Source: an uncultured Candidatus Saccharibacteria bacterium (GTDB lineage Bacteria; Patescibacteriota; UBA1384; XYA2-FULL-43-10; 1-14-0-10-43-13). From it: DNA of 64,000 bases. Shown piece after piece: positions 31,140-39,715 of this stretch (position 1 is the first letter of the stretch; each line of letters begins with the position of its first letter). The stretch covers positions 2,491 through 66,490 of the forward strand of contig CAZVMH010000005.1 of assembly GCA_964628585.1 (NCBI GenBank), given 5' to 3'. The notes beneath the pieces are model-generated. The model was given only the letters and a program-made list of their open reading frames with translations, was not told where the DNA came from and searched no databases. The position numbers and the translations under genes were made by a program.

Positions 31140-31631
31140 TCAGTTGTTTGTTTTTACTGTCTGAGCATGACAGATCGCAATTGCCAAAGCATCTGCAGCA
31201 TCATCTGGCTTGGGACAGTTTTTCAGTTTGCAAGTGATGCGAACCATTTCCTGCATTTGAGCTTTGTCTGCCCGGCCATACCCAGTGATCGCTTGCTTCA
31301 CTTGCAACGGTGTATATTCCACAACCGCTAGATTGTGTTTCATAGCACAGACGATTGCTACCCCTCGCGCTTGAGCTACACTCATAACCGTCTTTTGATT
31401 TTTAAAGAAAAATAATTCCTCAACTGCCATACAATCGAGCTTCTCTCTCTCAATTATATCACATAAAGAACTATAAATATGGAACAAACGGGTGGGCAAA
31501 TTCTGCTTTGCTGGCGTTCTTATACAACCATATTTTTTAGGGATAATATTTGCCCCATATTTCTCAATGATTCCCCAACCAAGAATAGCTGTTCCAGGAT
31601 CAATGCCAAGAATTTTTAGATTATTTACCAT
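31140..31631 (-). CDS. ruvC: Holliday junction resolvase RuvC
   Basis: ILGIDPG, VEELFF, GRADKAQM, DDAADALAIA. Confidence 0.97.
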   Translation of the reverse strand: MVNNLKILGIDPGTAILGWGIIEKYGANIIPKKYGCIRTPAKQNLPTRLFHIYSSLCDIIEREKLDCMAVEELFFFKNQKTVMSVAQARGVAIVCAMKHNLAVVEYTPLQVKQAITGYGRADKAQMQEMVRITCKLKNCPKPDDAADALAIAICHAQTVKTNN

Positions 31632-31643
31632 ATAGAATAAATA

Positions 31644-32372
31644 TTAAATGCTTAGATTGGCATAAATGTTACTTACATCGTCTATTTCTTCCAATTTTTC
31701 GATGATTGAAATCAAAGAGGATTGCTTATCCTCCGGAAGTTCGATCAGAGTACTTGGCTGCTGAATAAATTCAGAAGATTCTATGATCACGCCAGCATCT
31801 TCTAGAGCCTTTCTGACTTGATGCATTGAATTGAAAGAGCAGGTAATTATATAGAGCCCATCATTTTTTTCAAAATCATCCGCTCCAGAATCAATTATAG
31901 CCAGCTCTAAATCATCTCCCTTAAATGAGTTTTTTGATTCGTCAATGATAATTTGGCCAACTTTTTTAAACAGATAAGAAACGCTTCCTGGACCAGCCAG
32001 TGATCCATTACATTTATTTAAAATTGCTTTGATATCTCCTGACGTTCGGTTTTTATTATCAGTTAAACATTCGATCAGTAAGGCGACACCATTTGGTCCA
32101 TATGCCTCGTAGGTAATTTCTTCAATGGCTGCTCCGCCACCCTCGCCTAAACCTTTTTTAATCGCTCTATCGATATTTTCCTTTGGCATTGAAACAGACT
32201 TGGCATTTTCGATTGCCATTCGAAGAGAGGGGTTCATGGTTGGATCGCCACTTTTGCCGTCTCGCGCTGCAATAGTGACCAATTTGGCCATTTTAGTAAA
32301 GACCTTGCCGCGCTTGGCATCTATAATTGCTTTTTTATGTTTAGTTGTAGCCCATTTGGAATGTCCGCTCAT
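31644..32372 (-). CDS. yebC: YebC/PmpR family protein
   Basis: MSGHSKW, YEAYGP, TDNKNRT. Confidence 0.95.
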   Translation of the reverse strand: MSGHSKWATTKHKKAIIDAKRGKVFTKMAKLVTIAARDGKSGDPTMNPSLRMAIENAKSVSMPKENIDRAIKKGLGEGGGAAIEEITYEAYGPNGVALLIECLTDNKNRTSGDIKAILNKCNGSLAGPGSVSYLFKKVGQIIIDESKNSFKGDDLELAIIDSGADDFEKNDGLYIITCSFNSMHQVRKALEDAGVIIESSEFIQQPSTLIELPEDKQSSLISIIEKLEEIDDVSNIYANLSI

Positions 32373-32445
32373 ATTTTTTCCTTTATAACTGTTTGCGACT
32401 TTAGTCTATCCTCAATCGGCCTTTTTTTCAAGATCAAAAAGACCA

Positions 32446-33303
32446 TTACTTTTTCGACAGACCAGCCTCATCGATTATGAATCTGATTGTACCATCGCGA
32501 TCAGTTCGATAATATTTGATAGAATTTTGAACTAATAGATCAAGAACTGCCGTATGAGGGTGGCCAAATTTGTTATTGGCGCCAACTTCTATGACTCCAA
32601 TTTGTGGTTTCACAGCATCTATCAGATTTTGGTTTGTACCATTGGTCGAGCCATGATGAGAAAGTTTCATAATTTCTGATTGGATATTGCTAATGCTTAT
32701 AAATTTTACCTGTTCGTCTGTTTCAATGTCTCCTGTAAAAAGTACACAATGAGTAAAATAGCAAAATCTTGTCACTTCTGAAGTATTATTGGCGTTTTCG
32801 TTCGTTTTTTGTTCGTACAACTTTCCTGGCCAAAGAAAAGTTAATTCTCCATTCTGGAACGGCAAAATTTGTTCGCCAATGTCTGGGACAGGGCTTACGA
32901 TATTTTTTTTCTTGATCTTAGCCAGAAATTCAGTATAGGCGTTGGAATCATACAGTGTTCCAGAGTAATATATTTTCTCGACCTGATACCGATCCAGAAT
33001 TTGATTGATACCGATGAGGTGATCTGCGTGAGGATGAGTTAAAATTACTACTTCAATTCTTCGATCCGTCAGGGGCATCACTTTACCCAATTCTGATAGA
33101 ACTTTGTCGTCTCCCCCACCATCAATTAAGATTTGATAGTCCCCTTTTTGGATTAGTTCGCTGTCTCCCTGGCCTAAATCAAAAAAGTAAACTGATGCTT
33201 CGCTTTTATTCTCGTTGGCCGAAGGACTCCTGGCAATATTTGCCCAAACAAAAAATGCCCCCAAAGCAAGAAGCACAAGAATAATTTTAGTCCATTTTTT
33301 CAT
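32446..33303 (-). CDS. ComEC-type metallo-beta-lactamase domain protein (separate gene)
   Basis: DLGQGDS, THPHADH, LFTGD, HHGS, FGHPH, RTDRDG. Confidence 0.9.
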   Translation of the reverse strand: MKKWTKIILVLLALGAFFVWANIARSPSANENKSEASVYFFDLGQGDSELIQKGDYQILIDGGGDDKVLSELGKVMPLTDRRIEVVILTHPHADHLIGINQILDRYQVEKIYYSGTLYDSNAYTEFLAKIKKKNIVSPVPDIGEQILPFQNGELTFLWPGKLYEQKTNENANNTSEVTRFCYFTHCVLFTGDIETDEQVKFISISNIQSEIMKLSHHGSTNGTNQNLIDAVKPQIGVIEVGANNKFGHPHTAVLDLLVQNSIKYYRTDRDGTIRFIIDEAGLSKK

Positions 33304-34820
33304 ATACTTAACTTATATTTACGATAAAGAAAAAACGTTGCCACAATCAAAATTGTATAGCAAACTGGCAAAACTAGCCAAGAATTTGTACTCCAAGTAA
33401 AAGATGCTCCTGGAATGCGAGCCATCCGCTCAACCATTATAATAATAAATTGCAAAGCCGGCCAAGCAAAAAATGAAGCCGATTTCCCAAGTGGATACCA
33501 AACTATTGTTAATAATCCTGTGATTGCGACAAGCCCCATTGCCCAGGGTACGATCCAAAGCACAAGCACATTTGATAATGGCGCAATAAGCGAAACGCGA
33601 CCAAAAACGACTAAAATGAGTGGGAACACGGCAATTTGGGCTCCCAATGTCGCCGTTAGTGTTGTTTTTAGCCAGTCTGGCATCTTTGATAAGAATTTTT
33701 TACTTTCAATATATTTCTCAATAATCGGCGAAAGATAAATTAAACCACAAAAAGCCAGAAATGAAAGCTGAAATCCAATATCGTTGTAAAGAACGAATGG
33801 ATTAACCAAAACCATAATGATCGCTGCCAAAAGCATGATATTTGTAAAGTCACCTCGCCGACCTAAAGTTTTACCAAACAATATCAGAAGCGAAAAGATT
33901 TCCGCTCTTACTACACTTGAAGCAGCACCGGTCAAAATAACAAAACCACCAATAAGAAGCACGCCTAAGATAAAAACTTTCTTCCGCCCCAGATATATGA
34001 CAAAAGAATCGGCAAAAATGGTCACGAGTATTGTAACGTTAAAACCAGACAGTGCAATTATGTGAGTTAAACCAGTAGTGCCCAGGGCATCTTTAAAATT
34101 TTGAGGAATGTTGCGCTTAATGCCGAGAATCAGGCCCGAAGCCAAACTTGCATGCGGTTCGGATAAAACAGAGTTTAGCGTTTCCTCTATGCGGGTTGAA
34201 ACGTAATACAAATTCCCGAGAATCTTTTGACCGATATTTAGATTCTGACCCTGGTCTTCTGCCTTTTCTGCCTGATTAATAACTCCAAAAATTAAATATC
34301 TTTTTAAGTATCGCCCGTAGTCAAATTCTTCTATCATCCCCGGTTTTTCAATCTTGCCAGAAAGAATGACGTTATCACCATAATGGACAGATGGGTAATG
34401 GGGCAAATTAACTAAAAGTAAACTGTTTGGAGTGAATTCTGCGCTCTGATTATCGCTTTCAATCTTTGAAATTTTGACCACAACCTGCTGGCGCTTGTAG
34501 TTAACATCGGGCTTTTTGACAATTCTGCCTTCGATTTGCATGTTCTGATCATACGGCAGGACAACTTGATGCTTAAAATCAAATAGAGAATAATATCCAG
34601 CCCCAAGGACAAAACAAAATAGCAAATAAGAGACTAGGACTATAAAATGATTCTTCAATACGAAATTAACAAGCGATGAGAAGAGTAGGGCTAATAGTAA
34701 AATTACAAATGAGACATAACTTTTTTCAAAATCAATTTTAATAAAATTGGACAAAAATACGCCAAACAAAAAAAATAGAGCAAAAAAAGTAAAGAGCCTA
34801 AATTTTGGCAAATTGGCCAT
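33300..34820 (-). CDS. comEC: ComEC/Rec2 competence channel
   Basis: FDYGRYL, GLTHIIALSGFN, GFQLSFLA. Confidence 0.93.
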   Translation of the reverse strand: MANLPKFRLFTFFALFFLFGVFLSNFIKIDFEKSYVSFVILLLALLFSSLVNFVLKNHFIVLVSYLLFCFVLGAGYYSLFDFKHQVVLPYDQNMQIEGRIVKKPDVNYKRQQVVVKISKIESDNQSAEFTPNSLLLVNLPHYPSVHYGDNVILSGKIEKPGMIEEFDYGRYLKRYLIFGVINQAEKAEDQGQNLNIGQKILGNLYYVSTRIEETLNSVLSEPHASLASGLILGIKRNIPQNFKDALGTTGLTHIIALSGFNVTILVTIFADSFVIYLGRKKVFILGVLLIGGFVILTGAASSVVRAEIFSLLILFGKTLGRRGDFTNIMLLAAIIMVLVNPFVLYNDIGFQLSFLAFCGLIYLSPIIEKYIESKKFLSKMPDWLKTTLTATLGAQIAVFPLILVVFGRVSLIAPLSNVLVLWIVPWAMGLVAITGLLTIVWYPLGKSASFFAWPALQFIIIMVERMARIPGASFTWSTNSWLVLPVCYTILIVATFFLYRKYKLSI

Positions 34821-34895
34821 TGTTTGCCCTCACTATAGCATATTATAGTAGATAACAGGATAAAGATGTCAGATAACAGCAGCTCCATTGACCAG

Positions 34896-34924
34896 TTGAC
34901 GATTTATCCGATTTGATGTACAAT
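34896..34924 (+). promoter_or_regulatory. sigma70-type promoter of grpE
   Basis: TTGACG-N17-TACAAT, 8 nt before the ATG. Confidence 0.65.
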
Positions 34925-34932
34925 TCTTGAAG

Positions 34933-35406
34933 ATGAAAAAAGAAAAAACAAACCCAAAACTTAGGGAATTAGAAGACAAGATAACTGAATTAACGGTTGG
35001 CTGGCAGAGAAGTCAAGCCGATTTTGAGAACTATAAAAAACGAACCGCCCAAGAAAAAATTGATCTGTGTAATAATTCTAATGCAAATTTGATATATAAT
35101 ATTTTGCCAGTGCTCGATAATTTTCAACTAGCTGCAAAACATGTGCCGGAAAATTTAAAGGATGACAATTGGGCCATGGGAATTAAACAGATTGAAAAAC
35201 AACTTGAAGACGTACTCGTAAGCGAAGGCCTTGAGAAGATTGAGACTATCGGTACAAAATTTGACCCAAATTTTCATGAGGCAATGGAGCACGTGGCGTC
35301 TGATAAACCTGAAGATGAAATTGTCGAGGAGGTTTTATCTGGATACAAATTTAACGATACAATATTGCGTGCTGCCAAAGTCAAAGTCTCTAGCGGAAAA
35401 AAATAA
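34933..35406 (+). CDS. grpE: Nucleotide exchange factor GrpE
   Basis: ADFENYKKR, LPVLDNF, FDPNFHEA, LRAAKVKV. Confidence 0.96.
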   Translation: MKKEKTNPKLRELEDKITELTVGWQRSQADFENYKKRTAQEKIDLCNNSNANLIYNILPVLDNFQLAAKHVPENLKDDNWAMGIKQIEKQLEDVLVSEGLEKIETIGTKFDPNFHEAMEHVASDKPEDEIVEEVLSGYKFNDTILRAAKVKVSSGKK

Positions 35407-35417
35407 TTTTGGTCTAT

Positions 35418-35461
35418 AAAATGGAAGAGGCGGACAACTTTGTAGTGTCCGCCCAGCTTCC
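35418..35461 (-). terminator. Terminator hairpin of the minus-strand unit (possibly bidirectional)
   Basis: GGAAG-GGCGGACA/TGTCCGCC-CTTCC stem followed by ATTTT on -. Confidence 0.7.
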
Positions 35462-35892
35462 CCTCTTACTTTGTGCCACATGACCGTGGCCAAAATTATT
35501 TTTTTCCGACATACCTCGCCGGAGGAGGCCGGAGCTGGCGACCGCGCCGCCGGCGCGGTATTCTTCTTCGCTGTGCTAAAAAGCCGATCCTGCCATGGTC
35601 GAGGATGCTCTTCAGCATACCGTCGTCGCGATCGCCGTCCGGTTTTTGTCAAGCCGCGTACTGCGTAGGGGTGCAAGACCCTTTTGGACGCGGCTTCTTG
35701 CAGGAAGCACTACCCCCTAGGACTGCCACGGGGCAGGCTCCTCTGCAAGTCTTAATGGGCTGGCTGGCTACGGACCAGTGATTGTGCATCATCCTTGTCA
35801 TCGTCTGACAAGAACGGCGACACTTTACTGGATGTGCCAGCCAACTACCTTGCCCGCATCTTTCGATGCGAAGCGAAATAGCGAACCGATGC
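35418..35892 (-). ncRNA. Candidate large structured non-coding RNA of unknown class (~475 nt)
   Basis: GC-rich island tiled by helices whose A-C mismatches on + become G-U pairs on -; GAAA tetraloop; own promoter and terminator; no convincing ORF. Confidence 0.65.
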
Positions 35893-35897
35893 GTAAA

Positions 35898-35926
35898 AAT
35901 ATAGCATAATGCTAAACATATGTCAA
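35898..35926 (-). promoter_or_regulatory. Consensus promoter of the candidate ncRNA
   Basis: TTGACA-N17-TATATT with TGn extension. Confidence 0.7.
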
Positions 35927-36048
35927 TACTTCATTAGTTAAAAGTCAAAAAGTTTATAAAGTCAACAAAAAAGAGCTTGATCTATTCGACGAAGTTTATA
36001 TTGAGCTTGTCGAATATGCTCTAATTCAAAAGCTGACAAAAACAACTC

Positions 36049-36084
36049 TTGACAACGATATAAATGTAAAGTACACTTTACATT
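36049..36084 (+). promoter_or_regulatory. dnaK promoter overlapped by a palindrome
   Basis: TTGACA-N17-TACACT; AATGTAAAGT-AC-ACTTTACATT at 36063..36084. Confidence 0.6.
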
Positions 36085-36236
36085 ATAAGTAGTTTGAATT
36101 TACCATTTCCCATTGGTCATTTGCCATCAATTTATCAATTATCATTTAATGATTTAGAACAAATGTAAAATGTACAATGGGAAATTAATGAAAATTGAGA
36201 ATTGATAAATGAAAAATATTTTAAGAAAGGAATAGT

Positions 36237-38138
36237 ATGAGCAAAATCATCGGTATCGATTTGGGTACAACCAACTCCGCCGTAGCCGTAATGGAGGGTG
36301 GTGAGGCAAAAATTATTAACACAGCTGAGGGCGGAAGAACCTGTCCTTCCATTGTGGCTGAAACTAAAAAAGGCGACCGACTTGTTGGTCAACTTGCAAA
36401 AAGACAAGCCGTAACCAATCCAGAGAACACTGTTTTCTCGGTTAAACGTTTCATCGGACGAGATTTCGATGACAAAGAAGTACAGGCCGATCTTAAAAAG
36501 ATGCCTTACAAAACTAAAAAAGCATCTGATGGTTCTGTAAAAATAGTTTTGCAGGATAAAGAATATAGCCCACAAGAAATCTCTGCTGCCATTTTAGGCA
36601 AACTTAAAACTGATGCAGAAACTTTTCTTGGTGAGAAAATTACCGACGCTGTTATTACCGTGCCTGCATATTTTAATGATTCACAAAGACAAGCAACCAA
36701 AGACGCTGGTGAAATTGCGGGCTTGACTGTAAAGAGAATTATCAATGAACCAACTGCAGCTGCTCTTGCTTATGGCTTAGACAAGAAAAAGAGCGAAAAG
36801 ATCGCTGTATATGACTTTGGTGGTGGTACCTTTGATATTACAATTTTGGAGCTCGGCGAGGGTGTATTTGAAGTTCTTTCAACCAATGGTGACACTCACC
36901 TCGGTGGTGACGATGTTGACCAAGATATAATGGACCATATTATCGACGAGTTTAAGAAAGATCAAGGAATCGATCTGCATGAAGATAAAGCGGCCATTCA
37001 GAGAGTAAAGGAAGCTGCTGAAAAAGCTAAAATTGAGCTTTCAACTACAACTGAATCGGAGATCAACTTACCTTTCGTAACTGCAGATGCATCTGGACCA
37101 AAACATTTGCAAATAACCCTGACTCGCGCTAAGCTCGAGCAGTTGACTGCACCTTTCATTGAACGATCACTTAAACCTTGTGAAACCGTTCTTAAAGACG
37201 CAAAGCTTAAAACAACTGATATCGACGAGGTAATTTTGGTTGGTGGCATGACTCGAATGCCAGCCGTACGAGAAGCGGTAAAGAAATTCTTCGGCAAAGA
37301 GCCAAATCACTCCGTTAACCCAGACGAAGCCGTCGCCGTTGGCGCTGCTATCCAAGGCGGTGTACTCGGTGGCGAGGTCAAAGATCTATTGCTTTTGGAT
37401 GTAACTCCCCTTTCTCTTGGAATTGAGACTTTGGGTGGCGTTTCGACTAAATTGATAGAGAAAAACGCTACTATTCCAACCTCAAAATCACAGGTATTCT
37501 CGACTGCAGACGACAATCAAACCAGAGTGGAGATTCACGTTCTTCAAGGTGAACGTGAAATGGCTGCTGACAACAAAACTTTAGGCAGATTTATTCTAGA
37601 TGGTATCCCTCCAGCACCCCGTGGAATCCCTCAGGTTGAAGTTACATTTGATATCGATGCAAACGGCATCGTCAATGTTAAAGCGACCGATAAGGCTACT
37701 GGCAAGGAACAGAGAATTACTATTACTGCTTCTTCTGGCCTCTCCAAAGAGGAAATTGAGCGTATGAAACAAGATGCAGAAGCTCACGCCGATGAAGACA
37801 AGAAAAAGCGCGAACTTATCGATCTTAAAAACCAAGCAGACACGATCATTTATACCGCCGAAAAGACTATTTCTGATGCCGGAGACAAGATCGATTCCAA
37901 CCTAAAGAGCGACGTTGAGGCTAAGATTACTTCGCTCAAAGGCGTAAAAGATTCCGATAACGCTGAGGAAATTAAAACTCAGGTTGAGACCTTGAGCAAA
38001 TCCCTTCAGGAAGTTGGTACTCAAATGTATCAGAACGCCCAGAAGGAAGCCGACAAAGCGTCCGAAGCTAAGACAGAAGAGCCAAAAGAGGAAGAAGCTA
38101 AACCAGAAGAAGAGAAAACGGCCGAAGAGACAAAATAA
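36237..38138 (+). CDS. dnaK: Chaperone DnaK
   Basis: [32 protein letters not shown]. Confidence 0.99.
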   Translation: MSKIIGIDLGTTNSAVAVMEGGEAKIINTAEGGRTCPSIVAETKKGDRLVGQLAKRQAVTNPENTVFSVKRFIGRDFDDKEVQADLKKMPYKTKKASDGSVKIVLQDKEYSPQEISAAILGKLKTDAETFLGEKITDAVITVPAYFNDSQRQATKDAGEIAGLTVKRIINEPTAAALAYGLDKKKSEKIAVYDFGGGTFDITILELGEGVFEVLSTNGDTHLGGDDVDQDIMDHIIDEFKKDQGIDLHEDKAAIQRVKEAAEKAKIELSTTTESEINLPFVTADASGPKHLQITLTRAKLEQLTAPFIERSLKPCETVLKDAKLKTTDIDEVILVGGMTRMPAVREAVKKFFGKEPNHSVNPDEAVAVGAAIQGGVLGGEVKDLLLLDVTPLSLGIETLGGVSTKLIEKNATIPTSKSQVFSTADDNQTRVEIHVLQGEREMAADNKTLGRFILDGIPPAPRGIPQVEVTFDIDANGIVNVKATDKATGKEQRITITASSGLSKEEIERMKQDAEAHADEDKKKRELIDLKNQADTIIYTAEKTISDAGDKIDSNLKSDVEAKITSLKGVKDSDNAEEIKTQVETLSKSLQEVGTQMYQNAQKEADKASEAKTEEPKEEEAKPEEEKTAEETK

Positions 38139-38148
38139 TTCCTTTTTG

Positions 38149-38181
38149 ATAAGACGCCTCGAGTAATATCGGGGCGTTTAT
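38149..38181 (+). terminator. Probable terminator after dnaK
   Basis: ACGCCTCGA/TCGGGGCGT stem then TTA. Confidence 0.5.
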
Positions 38182-38302
38182 CGGGAATTATTAAAATTAA
38201 CCTAATTGCACTAATTGATCTAAACCAGTACAATTATTTATTGGTGCTTGGATCTTAGGATTTGATTAGAATAATTAAAAATTAGAATAATTAGAGCAAT
38301 TA

Positions 38303-38947
38303 ATGAGTAAAAACTATTACGATATTCTGGGCCTCTCTAAATCCGCCACTGCGGATGAGATTAAGCGTGCTTATAGAAAACTTGCTCACCAATATCACCC
38401 TGATAAGGGCGGCTCTGCTGAAGATGAAAGGAAATTTAAAGAAGTTTCCGAAGCCTATCAGGTCCTTTCCAATACAGAGAAGCGCCAGCAATATGATCAG
38501 TACGGTCAAGCTTTTGATCAAAGGTCTCGATCTGGTGGTCAAGCAGGCGGGTTTGATGGCTTTGACTTTTCTGATTTTACCGGCCCCGAAGGGGCCCCCT
38601 TTGGGGGCTTTGGTGGTTTTGGCGATATCTTTGAGGATTTTTTTGGTCAAGCTTTTTCTCAAGTTCAAGCAGAAGTCTCTGTCTCTCCCGCCCAAGCAGT
38701 TTTGGGCGATAAATTGTCCCTAAGCATTGGAGGCGAGAAAGTTGAGATCAATCTTCCAGCTGGAATTCAAACCGGAACAACTTTTCGTATTCCTGGTAAA
38801 GGCAAATCCTACAAAGGCGGACAAAAGGGCGATTTGCTCTTGACAGTTAAGATTGAAATGCCTAAACGGTTATCAAATCAACAAAAAGAACTCTGGGAAC
38901 AGCTCCGCAATCTCGATAAAAACGGAAAACGAAGCTGGTGGGGATAA
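38303..38947 (+). CDS. Short DnaJ-class co-chaperone (J domain, G/F region, partial C-domain, no Zn finger)
   Basis: YYDILG, HPD, GDLLL; follows dnaK. Confidence 0.9.
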   Translation: MSKNYYDILGLSKSATADEIKRAYRKLAHQYHPDKGGSAEDERKFKEVSEAYQVLSNTEKRQQYDQYGQAFDQRSRSGGQAGGFDGFDFSDFTGPEGAPFGGFGGFGDIFEDFFGQAFSQVQAEVSVSPAQAVLGDKLSLSIGGEKVEINLPAGIQTGTTFRIPGKGKSYKGGQKGDLLLTVKIEMPKRLSNQQKELWEQLRNLDKNGKRSWWG

Positions 38948-39018
38948 GTTTTCTATTTGACACCACTACCCTCTTTGCGAGATAATGATCTTAAGAAAAT
39001 TAAGGTCGAAGGGCATGG

Positions 39019-39179
39019 GAGCCTGTTTTATAACTGCTCTTGAAACGAGAACGAGATTATTTCGAGCGAAAAATTCAAAGCGTGAGAAGGGATAGCCAAA
39101 GCTATATCGACGAGCGATTTGTGTTTTGCAGCCAAAATAAGCCGTTAGCAGTTATCGGATGTAGTTATTAAACAGGCTC
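39019..39179. mobile_element. MITE-like 161-bp element with terminal inverted repeats
   Basis: GAGCCTGTTTTATAACTGC ... GTAGTTATTAAACAGGCTC (17/19 complementary). Confidence 0.55.
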
Positions 39180-39203
39180 TGATACCGCGACCGTGGAGGG
39201 AAC

Positions 39204-39707
39204 GTGCAACAGCTACCCAGCGTTGACATTTTTATTGGGTTGGCCTATATTCTTGGAATTACTTATGGCTTCGTCTTAAAACGAGACAAGACCATAACTA
39301 CTTTGTGCTCCGTTTATGTTGGCTTAGTTATCGCCTCCTCTTTTTCTGAAACTGTATATAAATTTTTTAATGGCAATGCCACGATTGCTAATCAAATATG
39401 GATTCGCTCAAACGCTTCTCTCTCAACAATATCGATAGTTTTACTATTGCTTTCGATAGTTTTCGTATCTGGTGCCATTAATTCGACCACCAATCGCTCT
39501 TCCGATATTTCTGCCATCGAAGTAGTTATTTATAGCGCCTTCACAATCTCGTTAATAATTTCTTCCGTTTTGTATTTCCTCCCTCTCGAAACCAGAAATC
39601 ATTTCGTCGAGATATCAAAGGCAGCAAAATATCTTTATAACTATCGCACCCTCATCGTCATCGGTGCACCGTTAATGATTATTTTATTAGGATTAAGGAA
39701 GAAATAA
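39204..39707 (+). CDS. Membrane protein
   Basis: GGAGG RBS, GTG start, about 5 TM segments. Confidence 0.75.
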   Translation: MQQLPSVDIFIGLAYILGITYGFVLKRDKTITTLCSVYVGLVIASSFSETVYKFFNGNATIANQIWIRSNASLSTISIVLLLLSIVFVSGAINSTTNRSSDISAIEVVIYSAFTISLIISSVLYFLPLETRNHFVEISKAAKYLYNYRTLIVIGAPLMIILLGLRKK

Positions 39708-39715
39708 GGAGAACA

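Noticed and set aside
31140-31631. RuvC as a Cas12/TnpB-type effector
   Set aside because: 163-aa canonical resolvase beside yebC and ruvAB; no CRISPR array seen anywhere in the window
35335-35781. Overlapping ORFs 35335..35676(-), 35471..35668(+) and 35473..35781(+) as protein genes
   Set aside because: Arg/Pro/Ala-rich with weak starts and no recognisable domain; expected by chance in a GC-rich structured region
35418-35892. tmRNA, RNase P RNA, hammerhead ribozyme or group II intron remnant
   Set aside because: No tRNA-like ends or T-loop despite an ORF ending YAA*; no GAGGAAAGUCC; CUGAAGA lies inside a helix with no GAAA partner; no canonical domain V
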